Positions 46,591-57,394 are shown, counted from the stretch's first letter. The stretch: 64,000 nucleotides of DNA from Ruminococcus sp. (GCA_017525915.1 JAFXSC010000014.1:12075-76074), one strand, 5' to 3'. The notes: generated by a model not told the origin, from the letters alone. Numbers and translations: made by a program.

Positions 46591-49053
46591 TCATTCATAC
46601 TTCAGCTCCGCGGCTGTGTTCATTTTTTTCAGTGAGCAGATGGGCTTTACAGAGGCAAGCAGCATTGCCGCCGTCAGCACCGCGATGAACGCGATTATCA
46701 GCGGCACGTCGAAGATTATCTCAACGCCCATATCAAGGCTTGCAAGGGCAGTCTCCAGCAGCGAGGTCAGCAGAACTCCCATGACAAGCGCCAGCGCTCC
46801 TGCCGTTACCGAGGAGATGAGAGTTTCGAAAACTATCAGTCTGGACAGCTTTTTCCTGCTTGCGGCTACGGAATGCAGCACCGCGTACTTTTTCCTTGAC
46901 TGCTCAAAGCCGATTATCGCATTTGACACCGCTCCGAGAAGTGCAAGTATGCAGCCTATGGCTATCATACTGTAAAGCACGGTCATGATATTGGAGCTGT
47001 CCTCTTCGTTATCGGCAACGACCTGCGCTCTGGTCTTTACCTCCGCACCGCGGAACAGCCTCTCCGCCTCAGAAGTCACCTTGTCCAGATCCTTCGGCGA
47101 ACGGAGATTTATATACACCCTGTCCACATAGTCGCCCATGTTTGCCCTGAACCACTTTTCATTCACGACAAAGCTTTTGCTGTAATGGTAAAGCGTACTG
47201 CACAAGCCTTTGACTCTGAATTTGTAGACCGCATATTCCTCTGAGCCGTCCTTGTTCCTGATGATATTATCCAGATCCTTTATCTCAACAGTATCGCCTG
47301 CTTTTACACCGAGCTGTCTGGCGTAGCCCTCACCGATATAGATCTCGTCCTCAGCCGGTTCTCCGCCTGTGTCACGAATGCCGGTGTAGAGCCTGCGCTC
47401 CGTATAAGCCACAAAGCAGACCCCTGTCTTCTTTCTGCCGTTCACCTTGACGTTCGACCACGAATTATAGAGATACTGACAGTCCTTTATCTCGTCCGCA
47501 GCAACAAATCCATCGACCTTTTCGGTCTTCTGATCGAGATATATGACCGCGTCCATATTGTAAATATCCGGATTATAGATCTGTGAGACGGACATTGAGG
47601 TGATAAAGATCGCTATTGTTATCGCAAGGGACACGAACATCAGCTGAGTGCTTGCAACTGTACTCTTTTTGTGGGAGCATTCGTTTGCGGCAAGCTTCGC
47701 GCAGGGCATTCCAAGCGCTCCGAACAGTCTGACCAGAACCTTCGATATACATTTGATCACCAGCGGCAGCACCATTACTGAACCGATACAGATAAGCGCG
47801 ATCGCCGCTATGCTGAAAATCATATCTTCAGCCTGCCTGCCGAGGACTATGCCTCCTGCAAGAGCAGCCGCGCCGATGATGAGCTTCTTTACGCTGAGGT
47901 GATAGGCAGTATCCCTTGACGAGAAGATTATATCCCTGACGGGCGTCTTTACTGCCCTGACCAGTGCACCGGTCTGGCAGACGATCTGTATTGCTGTCGT
48001 AAACACTACCACAAGCGGATACATATACAGCTTCATGGACCAGTCATCCGGAATGGCACCGTACAGGGAGATTATCGCAAAGCGTCCGCAGAACGCGAAC
48101 AGGACCGCTCCGATAATACCGCCGATAAGTCCGTAAATGCTGCTCTCCGTAAGCAGAACTGCTGAGGTCTTCGGTATGCTTCCGCCGAGACTGCGGAGCG
48201 TACCGATCGTGGAGATCCTCTCGTTTGCGATATGCTTGGACATTGAGAACGTGAGGAAGAGCGTCATCATGAAGATGACCGCGAAGATCAGCACGAACAC
48301 CATCGTCTGATTGTCGAGGTCTTCGAGCATCTCGTCGGTCAGGAACTCTCCGACCGTGTAATCAGGATACTTCGCCTGCAATTCCCTGGATACTTCCTTT
48401 ACATCAAGGCTGTCCGGAATATCGACATAAGCATTTATCCTGCCAGAAACGCCGTCATTGCAGAGCTTCCGGACGTTTTCCTCGCTCATGAAAAGAGTGG
48501 TCGTTCTGCGGCGGAAATACTTGTCCCTGCTGATTCCGCTGACCCTAATGGAAAGCTGCTTCGTGACGGGCTCTGTGTTCTCTCCGCCTTCTGCGGGCAT
48601 GATTTTCCTTGTCAGCTCAATGGTGTCGCCCTCTTTAAGCCCGGCTTTAACTGCAAAGCTCTCGGAGATGATAACACCGTCCCCAGGGTCAGGACTGCTG
48701 TCAACAAGACTGAAATCCTTACCCTTTTCAGGCTCGAACCATGTGACCCTTATCGCATATTCGCCTTTGGAGGTCTTTACGTTTACCGGTAGAGTTGAGA
48801 ACACAATATACTTTGAACCTTCCGGCAGGTCTTTCTCATTTATCTCCAGATCCCTGTTAGCGTCTGTGACCTGTATCTCCGCGCCGCCATAGGTATTAAG
48901 CATTGTTTTTCTGAGCTGCTGTTTCGGAGCGTCACGTCCGCCAATACACAGCAGCAGTGCGAATGCCGAAGCCGCCAGTGCCAGTATGATAGCGAAGGAG
49001 CGCATAGGCTTGCCTGTGATATTGCGCTTGGTTAGTCTTCCAAGGATAGACAT
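46591..49053 (-). CDS. FtsX/MacB-like ABC permease (two halves)
   Basis: Duplicated large-loop plus 3-TM units; ERISTIGTLRSLG and KYAVLHSVAAS motifs. The start may be 49062. Confidence 0.85.
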   Translation of the reverse strand: MSILGRLTKRNITGKPMRSFAIILALAASAFALLLCIGGRDAPKQQLRKTMLNTYGGAEIQVTDANRDLEINEKDLPEGSKYIVFSTLPVNVKTSKGEYAIRVTWFEPEKGKDFSLVDSSPDPGDGVIISESFAVKAGLKEGDTIELTRKIMPAEGGENTEPVTKQLSIRVSGISRDKYFRRRTTTLFMSEENVRKLCNDGVSGRINAYVDIPDSLDVKEVSRELQAKYPDYTVGEFLTDEMLEDLDNQTMVFVLIFAVIFMMTLFLTFSMSKHIANERISTIGTLRSLGGSIPKTSAVLLTESSIYGLIGGIIGAVLFAFCGRFAIISLYGAIPDDWSMKLYMYPLVVVFTTAIQIVCQTGALVRAVKTPVRDIIFSSRDTAYHLSVKKLIIGAAALAGGIVLGRQAEDMIFSIAAIALICIGSVMVLPLVIKCISKVLVRLFGALGMPCAKLAANECSHKKSTVASTQLMFVSLAITIAIFITSMSVSQIYNPDIYNMDAVIYLDQKTEKVDGFVAADEIKDCQYLYNSWSNVKVNGRKKTGVCFVAYTERRLYTGIRDTGGEPAEDEIYIGEGYARQLGVKAGDTVEIKDLDNIIRNKDGSEEYAVYKFRVKGLCSTLYHYSKSFVVNEKWFRANMGDYVDRVYINLRSPKDLDKVTSEAERLFRGAEVKTRAQVVADNEEDSSNIMTVLYSMIAIGCILALLGAVSNAIIGFEQSRKKYAVLHSVAASRKKLSRLIVFETLISSVTAGALALVMGVLLTSLLETALASLDMGVEIIFDVPLIIAFIAVLTAAMLLASVKPICSLKKMNTAAELKYE

Positions 49054-49331
49054 TTGTATCATTCCTTTCAGTTTCAATGCTCATGGAAATAAGCGTCTGT
49101 CAGCGTTATGATTCTGATACGATCACACGATATGCTGTATAGTGCTCACAGCTCACCCGGCAGCTGACAGCAATCTCAACGGCAAGAGCACACAATGGTT
49201 TCAGCAGAAAAACAACAGGCAGTGATTGTTACCCCTGTCCTGTTTTCTCTGCGGTCTGCTGATGAATAAAGCGAGCATCCGAGATACCGCCGGCGGATAT
49301 GCGTTCAGTCGGCGGTATCATAAGTCTTTCA

Positions 49332-49886
49332 TCAATAGTTTTCTGCGTTGATCTCAAAATATGACTGCGGATGTGCACATACAGGACATATCTCCGGAGC
49401 CGTCTCGCCTACTGCGATATGTCCGCAGTTGCGGCATTCCCATACCTTTACGGAGCTCTTTTTGAAGACCTCCTGCATCTCTATATTCTTCAGAAGCGCA
49501 CGGTAGCGTTCCTCATGGTGCTTTTCTATCTCAGCTACGCCGCGGAATTTTGCTGCAAGTTCGGGGAAGCCCTCGGCTTCGGCTGTCTTTGCAAATTCCT
49601 CATACATATCAGTCCACTCGAAGTTCTCGCCGTCCGCAGCTTCTTTAAGGTTCTCGGCAGTAGAGCCTATTCCGTTGAGTTCCTTGAACCAGAGCTTTGC
49701 GTGCTCCTTCTCATTGTCAGCAGTTTTCAGGAACAGTGCTGCGATCTGCTCAAAGCCCTCCTTCTTTGCCTTTGAAGCAAAGTAGGTGTACTTGTTTCTT
49801 GCCTCTGACTCGCCGGCAAATGCAGCCTTTAGGTTCTTCTCGGTCTGAGTGCCTGCATAGGGATTGAGTTTTTCATTGTTTGCCAT
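49332..49886 (-). CDS. rbr: rubrerythrin
   Basis: [27 protein letters not shown] and EKHHEERY motifs; C-terminal CRNC..CPVC. Confidence 0.95.
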   Translation of the reverse strand: MANNEKLNPYAGTQTEKNLKAAFAGESEARNKYTYFASKAKKEGFEQIAALFLKTADNEKEHAKLWFKELNGIGSTAENLKEAADGENFEWTDMYEEFAKTAEAEGFPELAAKFRGVAEIEKHHEERYRALLKNIEMQEVFKKSSVKVWECRNCGHIAVGETAPEICPVCAHPQSYFEINAENY

Positions 49887-50120
49887 GATTTTTCCTCCTT
49901 TATAAGTAAAGCTTAAAGCTTATAGCACGATCATTATACCACATTTCATATTATTTTGCAACAGCTTCAGAATGCCGCCATTTTCACTTGCAATAATATA
50001 ACAGAACAAATCAGAGAAAACAGCGGTACTCCCCTTCTGACCGGGGAATACCGCTGTATTTTTAAATATTACTGATTACGATCATCTTTGTGTCAACTTT
50101 GCCGGACTTGCATGAACGTC

Positions 50121-53100
50121 TTATATTGTGTGATCTTTCCGGATCTCATCGTCTACATTTTTAAATCCGGTCACGATATTGATATTTCCGTTTCCGATAT
50201 CCATTCTTGCAAATTCTACCCGATAGAAGCGGACCCTGTCTTCAAAAACGCGCCGGAACGAAACAGAATAGAGCGGCTTCCCTTCCGTATTCGCAATAAT
50301 TTCCTCAGGTGAGACTGCTTTGAGGAAACGCTCACGGTCCTCCTCCAGAACAAGCTTTGAGTAAAAGACGAAAGCATCATAGTACCTTTTGAGCTTTGCG
50401 GCTTCCTGAGTCGGAATAAGATGTACCATCTCGTTATCAACGCGGAAGAGCTCAAACTGCTGGGTCGCCATATCCTTGATAAACCATACTGAATCATAGC
50501 TGCGGGTAAGAGCTTCGATAATTGCGGAACGTTCACGGAGAGACTTCTGTATCTGCAATTCTTTATTAACCTCATCGTCCACATTTCTGAATCCGGTCAC
50601 AATGCCGGTTTTACCTCCCGGCATATCAAGCCTTGAAAACTCCACGCGGTAGTATCGGATACCGTTTTCAAACACACGGCGGAACGGAACCGAATAGATA
50701 GGCTTATTTTCCGTATTTCTGACGATGCTCTCAGGTGAAACTCCGTCCAGGAATTGCTGCTTGTCCTCCTCATATACCAGTCTTGAATAGAAAGTGAAGG
50801 CATCTGAATATTTCTTGAGCTTCACTGCCATATGTGCAGGCATAAGGTGTACCATTTCCGGATCAATACGGTACAGTTCAAACTGCTCGGTTTCAATATC
50901 GCTGATGAGCCATACCGAATCGTAGCCTTTGGTAAGTGCTTCGATGACAGCGGAGCGGACAGCCTTATCCGATTCTGCCTGCTGGTGCATATCGGTATTG
51001 TCGGTAAAGAAACCGATATAATAACCGTTCTCGCCTTCGGCTTCAAGATGCTGTCTGTAATAATTTACCCAGCGTATTTTGCCGTCCTTGCGTATGATCC
51101 TGAACTCAACAAAATCATGTTCGGAATGGTCTTCGCTGGTCTGTTTTTTTAATGAGTCGGAAACACCGGAATAATCGTCCGGGTGTATCATACCGCGGAA
51201 GGTATAGCCTGAATAAGCCTTGAAATCTTCCAAATTTTCACAGCCAAAGATATTACAGACAGCTTTGTTCGCGTACATCAGCTTCTCGCTCTCATCAGCC
51301 TTGTATATGAACAGACCGCCGAGCATATGTTTGCCAAAAGGCTCAACTACAGAAAGGATACGTTCGATCGGCAGGCCCTCCTTAGGATCTTGTATCGAAA
51401 AGATCGCAACGGCAACTGCTGTATCTCCGGTTTTACTGTTCATATCTACCCAACGTGCGAACGCGTGCATAACAGAGCCGTCCGGAAGCTTCAGATCGAA
51501 GAAGTTCAGTCCTTTGCGCTCAATGCATTTTTTGGCAACACAGTCCCAGAAAGTGTCGCTGAATTCTGTGAACTTATTCGCCATGAAATGCGTATCCATA
51601 CCGAAAAAACGGGTCATAAACTGACGGTAGGAGGAATTGCACCGCACAAAGCGCGCTGTTTGACCTCTTACCTCAATGATGCCGACCGGAATAGAATTAA
51701 AGGAATGACGCAGAGAGACTTCATCCTGGCTGGCGACCGTATCCAGATCGTAAAGATTGATGCTTCCGATTGCCTCGAAATAGTCGGAAACTTCTGTATC
51801 TTCATACCCTATCTGTTTATTGTTCCTGTATCTTTCGAGGAGAGCTTCATAGGATATCGGTTTGCAGAAATAGAAGCCCTGAAGCTTGGAACAACCTATC
51901 TCCTGAAGAAAACGAACCTGTTCTTCTGTTTCAACTCCTTCACATACAGTGCTGACCTTCAACGAAGCCGCCATTCTCATCAGTTCTGTCAGAACAACTT
52001 TGGCGCTGTCACTCTCGTCAACCCTGCGAAGAAAGCTCATATCAAATTTTATTAAGTCAAAGTGAATGCTCTGAACAACCTCGAGTGATGAATACCCGCT
52101 TCCGAAATCGTCAAGCCATACCGGAAAGCCAAGCTCCTGAAAACGTGCGACCTGTCCTTTCATGAATTCAAGGCTGCCGCCTATCACGCTCTCTGTGATC
52201 TCAACGGTTATCATATTTCTCTGTATGCCTGCATCATCAACACGCTTTCTGATCTCTTCAACAATATCGCAGGTACCGAAATCTGAACGGGAAAGATTGA
52301 TAGAATGCGGAACTACGGTCAATCCGCACTGCTTCTGCCGATTCATCTTTTCCAGTGTCTGTTCGAGCACATACAGATCAAGTTTATAAATCTGCCCTGA
52401 TTCTTCAAGATAAGGGATAAAATCGCCGGGAGACAAGAAACCCTTTTCAGGGTCTATCCATCTTGCCAGACATTCTTCTTCACATACCTTGGAGTTGATG
52501 GCACGAACGATGGGCTGGTAGTAGACCTGTATCCATTTTTCGCTGATAGCTTTATCTATGTTTGACTGGATGTAGCGCTGTTTATTATTGATCTCGCTCA
52601 GCTCTCTGGTATAATAATTGAAGCAGGAGATTTCAGATTTGCTGATTGCGTCGCAAGCCATTTTAGCCCTGTCATATGCTGTGCTGACAGGAACATCTTC
52701 CAATGAAGTTGAATAAACGCCCACCCTTGCAGGAAGATGATATTCTGATTTGCTGAATTCATCGAAGAAAAGTCCGATACGCTCTTCAAGCCCGTCCTCT
52801 GTCGTTGACACAGCAAAGCGGTCAGCAGAGATATGGCAGCAGTTCTCATGTCCGAAAACTCGGGCAAGAGTATCCGCAGCAGATTTCAGCAATTTGTCAC
52901 CTTCTGCAAAACCATACCGTGAGTTATAGTATTTCATGCCATTCAGGTCTATATACAGAAGGCAGCCGTCTCCGCCCTCACGAAAGACGCGCTCTTTACA
53001 GATCTCGCAATGCTTGAAAAAACAAGTCAGATTTGGGAGCCCTGTCAGCATATCATAATTTGCTGCACAGAGGATACTTTCCTCATGAAGAACGCTGTTT

Positions 53101-53537
53101 ATCACACGATTCATACCGTTTGCGGCAGACTCCTCGCCTTCGATATAGGTACCCTCATCCATATACCAGATGTGGGCAAAGCGCTCACCTGTTTCCGAGT
53201 AAAAATGCTTTCCGTGTGCATGGATAACATGATAGTCAGAATCCACACCAGCCTTTGTCCTATAAATGACATCATAATCCTCTTTATCATTACCTGTTGC
53301 AAATTGTAAAGCTGCTTTGGCTATCCTTTCCCTGTCGTCGGGATGCGTGTCTTTATACATATCGTGATCCATATCCCAGACAGCCTGTTCGCGGTCAGTA
53401 TATCCAAAGAGGTCGCAGAAACCGTCTGAAAGAAGAACGGTGACAACTCTGTTTTCAACGAATTTGTATACCGCAAGCGGTTGCTGCTGACATTCAAGAG
53501 CTGATCTGATTGTATCTGAGTAGGTAAACTGGTTCAT
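50121..53537 (-). CDS. cytoplasmic PAS - degenerate GGDEF - EAL - PAS protein with a 142-aa tandem C-terminal duplication
   Basis: HPDDRERI PAS; YDMLTGLPN with ISADRF (degenerate); ECL, DDFGSGYSS and EGVET; two AxIEALT..YDSVW...NVDDE repeats 426 nt apart. Confidence 0.85.
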   Translation of the reverse strand: MNQFTYSDTIRSALECQQQPLAVYKFVENRVVTVLLSDGFCDLFGYTDREQAVWDMDHDMYKDTHPDDRERIAKAALQFATGNDKEDYDVIYRTKAGVDSDYHVIHAHGKHFYSETGERFAHIWYMDEGTYIEGEESAANGMNRVINSVLHEESILCAANYDMLTGLPNLTCFFKHCEICKERVFREGGDGCLLYIDLNGMKYYNSRYGFAEGDKLLKSAADTLARVFGHENCCHISADRFAVSTTEDGLEERIGLFFDEFSKSEYHLPARVGVYSTSLEDVPVSTAYDRAKMACDAISKSEISCFNYYTRELSEINNKQRYIQSNIDKAISEKWIQVYYQPIVRAINSKVCEEECLARWIDPEKGFLSPGDFIPYLEESGQIYKLDLYVLEQTLEKMNRQKQCGLTVVPHSINLSRSDFGTCDIVEEIRKRVDDAGIQRNMITVEITESVIGGSLEFMKGQVARFQELGFPVWLDDFGSGYSSLEVVQSIHFDLIKFDMSFLRRVDESDSAKVVLTELMRMAASLKVSTVCEGVETEEQVRFLQEIGCSKLQGFYFCKPISYEALLERYRNNKQIGYEDTEVSDYFEAIGSINLYDLDTVASQDEVSLRHSFNSIPVGIIEVRGQTARFVRCNSSYRQFMTRFFGMDTHFMANKFTEFSDTFWDCVAKKCIERKGLNFFDLKLPDGSVMHAFARWVDMNSKTGDTAVAVAIFSIQDPKEGLPIERILSVVEPFGKHMLGGLFIYKADESEKLMYANKAVCNIFGCENLEDFKAYSGYTFRGMIHPDDYSGVSDSLKKQTSEDHSEHDFVEFRIIRKDGKIRWVNYYRQHLEAEGENGYYIGFFTDNTDMHQQAESDKAVRSAVIEALTKGYDSVWLISDIETEQFELYRIDPEMVHLMPAHMAVKLKKYSDAFTFYSRLVYEEDKQQFLDGVSPESIVRNTENKPIYSVPFRRVFENGIRYYRVEFSRLDMPGGKTGIVTGFRNVDDEVNKELQIQKSLRERSAIIEALTRSYDSVWFIKDMATQQFELFRVDNEMVHLIPTQEAAKLKRYYDAFVFYSKLVLEEDRERFLKAVSPEEIIANTEGKPLYSVSFRRVFEDRVRFYRVEFARMDIGNGNINIVTGFKNVDDEIRKDHTI

Positions 53538-54013
53538 ATTATCAGCATCCTTTCATTCTCACGAATAAACAAAGCCTAACTGTCCGATTCATATATTATT
53601 AGACTCAGTTTGCTGCGTTGTTTCTCATCTTATACAGTGTTTCTATCCCCTGATCCCGCACGGATCTGAATCATCAAAGCCGATCCATAGGCTAATTATA
53701 CCATAATATCATTGTTAAGTCAAGAGATATTGGTATAATTGACATTTTATTTCTCCACAGACCAAGCTGCATGACAGCTTCGTTCTTCTTGAAAAGGAGA
53801 AAACAGAACCGAGAGCGCATACAGTAATCGTCAATAAAGGCAGTGATTTCCGGCGCTGTTCAAATGTCCGTAACGCAATAGCAGCGGTGCTCCGAGCACT
53901 ATACGAGGGGCTCTCAATAAGAGCAGTATTCCAGGCTACGGAACTGATAACAGTATTATTCATATTTTTCCGCAATAGCAGAAAAAGGCAGATAGTATTT
54001 TTGCCACGGGGTA

Positions 54014-54070
54014 TTGACAAATACCCCACAAGGGTATATAATGTAATTATACGATACCCATATAGGGTAT
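54014..54070 (+). promoter_or_regulatory. csoR-copA promoter with two CsoR operators
   Basis: TTGACA (54014-19), 17 nt, TATAAT (54037-42); ATACCC-N5-GGGTAT palindromes at 54021-37 and 54054-70. Confidence 0.85.
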
Positions 54071-54087
54071 ATGAAGGGAGCACTTCT

Positions 54088-54390
54088 ATGGAAAATAACG
54101 GAAACTGCTGCGAACGCAAAAAAAAACGCAGCGAAGAGGAATTCAGGTCGCTGATGAACAGACTGAAAAGAATCGAGGGACAGGTCCGCGGAGTGGAAAA
54201 AATGCTCGAAAACGACGCTTATTGTCCCGACATTCTGACGCAGGTCTCGGCAATAAACAGCGCTCTTAACAGCTTTAACAAGGTATTGCTGGCTTCCCAT
54301 ATGAAAAGCTGCGTCGTAAATGATATTCGTGCCGGAAAGGACGGGGTCATCGACGAGCTTGTGACCACGCTTCAGAAGATCATGAAATAA
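54088..54390 (+). CDS. csoR: CsoR/RcnR family copper-sensing repressor
   Basis: RLKRIEGQVRGV..YCPDILTQ..LASHMKSC (Cys/His/Cys ligands); GAAGGGAG RBS before ATG 54088. Confidence 0.92.
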   Translation: MENNGNCCERKKKRSEEEFRSLMNRLKRIEGQVRGVEKMLENDAYCPDILTQVSAINSALNSFNKVLLASHMKSCVVNDIRAGKDGVIDELVTTLQKIMK

Positions 54391-54402
54391 TGAGGAGTTG
54401 CA

Positions 54403-56901
54403 ATGGAACAATATAATGTTACCGGTATGAGCTGCGCGGCTTGCAGTTCAAGAGTTGAAAAAGCCGTTTCAGCCGTTCCGGGAGTAAAAAGCTGTGCAGT
54501 GAGCCTCCTTACCAATTCAATGGGAGTTGAGGGGACTGCATCTGAAAGGGATATAATCCAGGCTGTGGAAAACGCCGGTTATGGGGCTTCCAGAAAAGGA
54601 GGAGCAGTCAGTCCGTCAGCGTATGATGACATACTCAGAGACACCGAAACGCCAAGGCTGAGGAAGCGTCTCATCAGTTCGGTGATAGTGCTGTCAGTGC
54701 TGATGTACTTTTCAATGGGGCACATGATGTGGGGATTCCCTGCACCTGAGGCATTTGATAACTATGTATTCCTCGGTTTTTTCGAGATGCTCCTCGCCAT
54801 TGTCATAATGATCATCAACAGCAAGTTCTTCACGAAAGGCTTTAAAGCTCTTATTATGAGGCACCCCGATATGGACACCCTCGTTGCACTGGGATCGGGG
54901 GCTTCCTTCGGCTATTCCCTCGCTGAACTTTTTATAATGATACTCGCACAGGGCAGAGGCGATCACGAGACCGTAATGAGATACGGTATGGACCTGTATT
55001 TTGAATCGGCAGCAATGATACCCACGCTCATCACAGTAGGAAAAATGCTTGAAGCGATGTCCAAAGGGCGGACTACCAATGCGCTGAAAGGTCTGATAAA
55101 GCTGGCCCCGAAAACAGCGGTCCTCTATCAGGACGGCGTTGAACAAGAGGTTGGAATCGAGGAAGTAAAAGAAGGCGATATTTTTGCGGTCAGACCGGGC
55201 AGCAGCATACCTGTTGACGGCGTTGTAGTATTCGGTTCATCATCAGTTGAAGAATCTGCTCTCACCGGTGAAAGCATTCCCGCGGACAAGGAAGTGGGCT
55301 CACCCGTTTCCGCCGGAACTATCAACACAGCAGGATATATAAGATGCCGTGCAACAAGAGTCGGCGAGGATACGACACTTTCCCAGATAATAAAGACTGT
55401 CTCGGACTCGGCGGCGACAAAAGCTCCCATAGCCCGGATAGCCGATAAAGTCTCGGGAGTATTTGTACCGGCTGTCATGGCAATATCGCTGATAACCCTT
55501 ACAGGTTGGATAATAGCAGGGAAAACGTTCGGATTTTCCATTGCGAGAGCTATCTCAGTGCTCGTAATAAGCTGTCCCTGTGCGCTGGGACTTGCTACTC
55601 CGGTAGCCATAATGGTCGGCAGCGGAGTCGGTGCAAAAAACGGAATTCTCTACAAAACGGCAGCCTCTCTTGAAGCCGTAGGCAGAGCCAACATAGCGGC
55701 GCTCGACAAAACCGGCACCATAACCGGGGGCAGACCCGTGGTCACTGATATGCTCCCTTTCGGAATCACCGAAAACGAACTGCTCACCTGCGCTGCCGCC
55801 CTTGAAGCAAAGAGCGAGCATCCCCTTGCAAAGGCTGTGACCGAGAGAGCTGCCGGTATGGACATTCCCGAGGTCGATGAGTTCAGAGCTCTTGCCGGGA
55901 ACGGTCTTTCGGCTGTGCTCGGCGGAGAGCTACTTGAGGGCGGAAGCTACAAGTATATCTCACAGAAATACACCATTCCGCAGGAGCTCCATAAAAATCT
56001 CCGTGAGCTTTCCCAGCAGGGCAAAACTCCCCTGCTGTTCGCAAAAAGCGGCAGCTTCATCGGTATGATCGCCGTTGCGGATACCATAAAGGAGGATTCC
56101 GCAGCCGCTGTAATAGAGCTTAAAAATATGGGCATAAGCGTATTCATGCTCACCGGCGACAATGAGCTCACAGCTGACGCAATAGGCAGACAGGCAGGAG
56201 TTGACAGCGTTATCGCCGGGGTGCTTCCCGAAGGCAAATCGCAGAAAATATCCGAGCTGAAAAAGCAGGGCAAGGTCATCATGGTGGGCGACGGAATCAA
56301 CGATGCTCCAGCACTTACCTCCGCAGATACGGGCATTGCCATAGGTGCAGGCGCTGATATTGCAATAGACGCCGCTGACATTGTGGTGATGAAAAACAGG
56401 CTCACAGACGTTACTGCGGCGATACGCCTCAGCCGCGCAACAATAAGGAACATCCACGAGAATCTATTCTGGGCGTTCCTGTATAACGCCGTGTGCATCC
56501 CCCATGCAGCCGGTCTGTACGGCATTGAAATGAATCCTGCATACGGTGCGGCGGCTATGGCGATGTCCAGCTTCTGCGTTTGTATGAACGCTCTCAGGCT
56601 GAATTTAGTCAAAGTACATGACGCCAGTCATGATAAAAAAATAAGCTCCGGTCGCAGAACTTCCGGAGAGATAAAAATGGAGGAAAAAACTATGACAAGA
56701 ACTGTTAAGATCGAAGGTATGATGTGCGGACACTGCGAGGCAAGAGTCAAAAAAACTCTTGAAGCTCTCGACGGTATCGAGAGTGCCGCTCCCGACCACA
56801 ATACAGATACCGCCGTTATTACACTGAGCAGGGACGTTCCCACCGACGTTATCAAGGCTGCCATCGAAGCACAGGACTATACCTTTATCGGAATGGAGTA
56901 A
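54403..56901 (+). CDS. copA: copper-translocating P1B-type ATPase with N- and C-terminal HMA domains
   Basis: GMSCAAC, TGES, CPCALGLATP, DKTGT, HPLA, GDGINDAP, YN and MAMSS motifs; C-terminal GMMCGHC. Confidence 0.95.
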   Translation: MEQYNVTGMSCAACSSRVEKAVSAVPGVKSCAVSLLTNSMGVEGTASERDIIQAVENAGYGASRKGGAVSPSAYDDILRDTETPRLRKRLISSVIVLSVLMYFSMGHMMWGFPAPEAFDNYVFLGFFEMLLAIVIMIINSKFFTKGFKALIMRHPDMDTLVALGSGASFGYSLAELFIMILAQGRGDHETVMRYGMDLYFESAAMIPTLITVGKMLEAMSKGRTTNALKGLIKLAPKTAVLYQDGVEQEVGIEEVKEGDIFAVRPGSSIPVDGVVVFGSSSVEESALTGESIPADKEVGSPVSAGTINTAGYIRCRATRVGEDTTLSQIIKTVSDSAATKAPIARIADKVSGVFVPAVMAISLITLTGWIIAGKTFGFSIARAISVLVISCPCALGLATPVAIMVGSGVGAKNGILYKTAASLEAVGRANIAALDKTGTITGGRPVVTDMLPFGITENELLTCAAALEAKSEHPLAKAVTERAAGMDIPEVDEFRALAGNGLSAVLGGELLEGGSYKYISQKYTIPQELHKNLRELSQQGKTPLLFAKSGSFIGMIAVADTIKEDSAAAVIELKNMGISVFMLTGDNELTADAIGRQAGVDSVIAGVLPEGKSQKISELKKQGKVIMVGDGINDAPALTSADTGIAIGAGADIAIDAADIVVMKNRLTDVTAAIRLSRATIRNIHENLFWAFLYNAVCIPHAAGLYGIEMNPAYGAAAMAMSSFCVCMNALRLNLVKVHDASHDKKISSGRRTSGEIKMEEKTMTRTVKIEGMMCGHCEARVKKTLEALDGIESAAPDHNTDTAVITLSRDVPTDVIKAAIEAQDYTFIGME

Positions 56902-57099
56902 GCTACCTGAAGCGATTAAAAAATACCGGCTTCACAGCTAATGTCATTAAGCTAAGAAAACGTAGAATAGTCACAGGAATCAAATGGGCGGTCAGAAATA
57001 ATACAACTAAATTAAGCCATTCTTACCGAGCAGCTCAATAGTATAGATATAGTCTATTGACATAGTGTAGGTTTTCACTTAATGAGTAGAATTCAACTT

Positions 57100-57153
57100 G
57101 TGCCTGACTTCATGAAGGGGCTGGCCGACGGCATCAACAAAAGCAAATCTATC
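57100..57153 (+). pseudogene. micro-fragment resembling a phage tape-measure protein
   Basis: Reads VPDFMKGLADGINKSKSI, like the 'MPDFM.GLA.GI.KS' stretch I recall from clostridial siphophage tape-measure proteins. Memory-based. Confidence 0.4.
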
Positions 57154-57242
57154 ATTGTTACCATCCTTTCGGCGAAGTGGAATGCTTTACATATCCCTAT
57201 TATACAACATAACCTCATAAAAAAGCAAGGTGGGTGCATACC

Positions 57243-57308
57243 ATGTTTTTCAGTCTGATCTTAGAAAACTCCGCCGGAGACCAAATCAACATGACTGCGA
57301 CAGTAAAC
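57243..57308 (+). pseudogene. N-terminal micro-fragment resembling a phage distal-tail protein
   Basis: RBS AAGGTGGG, then MFFSLILENSAGDQINMTATVN, like the 'MFYTLILEN..GD.IDLTATAN' start I recall from Ruminococcus prophage tail-family proteins. Confidence 0.4.
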
Positions 57309-57312
57309 GAAT

Positions 57313-57394
57313 CAGGTGGTATTTCAGTGCATCGCTTGTCCCCCCTGCGACATGAGTGCAACGACTGTGATGATACTCCGTTTTTTCAGGTCAA
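57313..57394 (-). pseudogene. frameshifted fragment of a carboxymuconolactone decarboxylase-family gene
   Basis: IDLKKRSIITVVALMSQG, then in another frame ALKYHL, matching my recollection of 'IDLKTRSIITVVALM..GITDSSLKYHL'. Confidence 0.5.

Noticed and set aside
53887-54087. N-terminal extension of csoR in the ORF track
   Set aside because: It spans the promoter and operators; the RBS-supported start is 54088.
56940-57030. Minus-strand MA*FSCIISDRPFDSCDYSTFS as a second Cys leader peptide
   Set aside because: It has a stop at codon 3, a weak RBS and no downstream gene.
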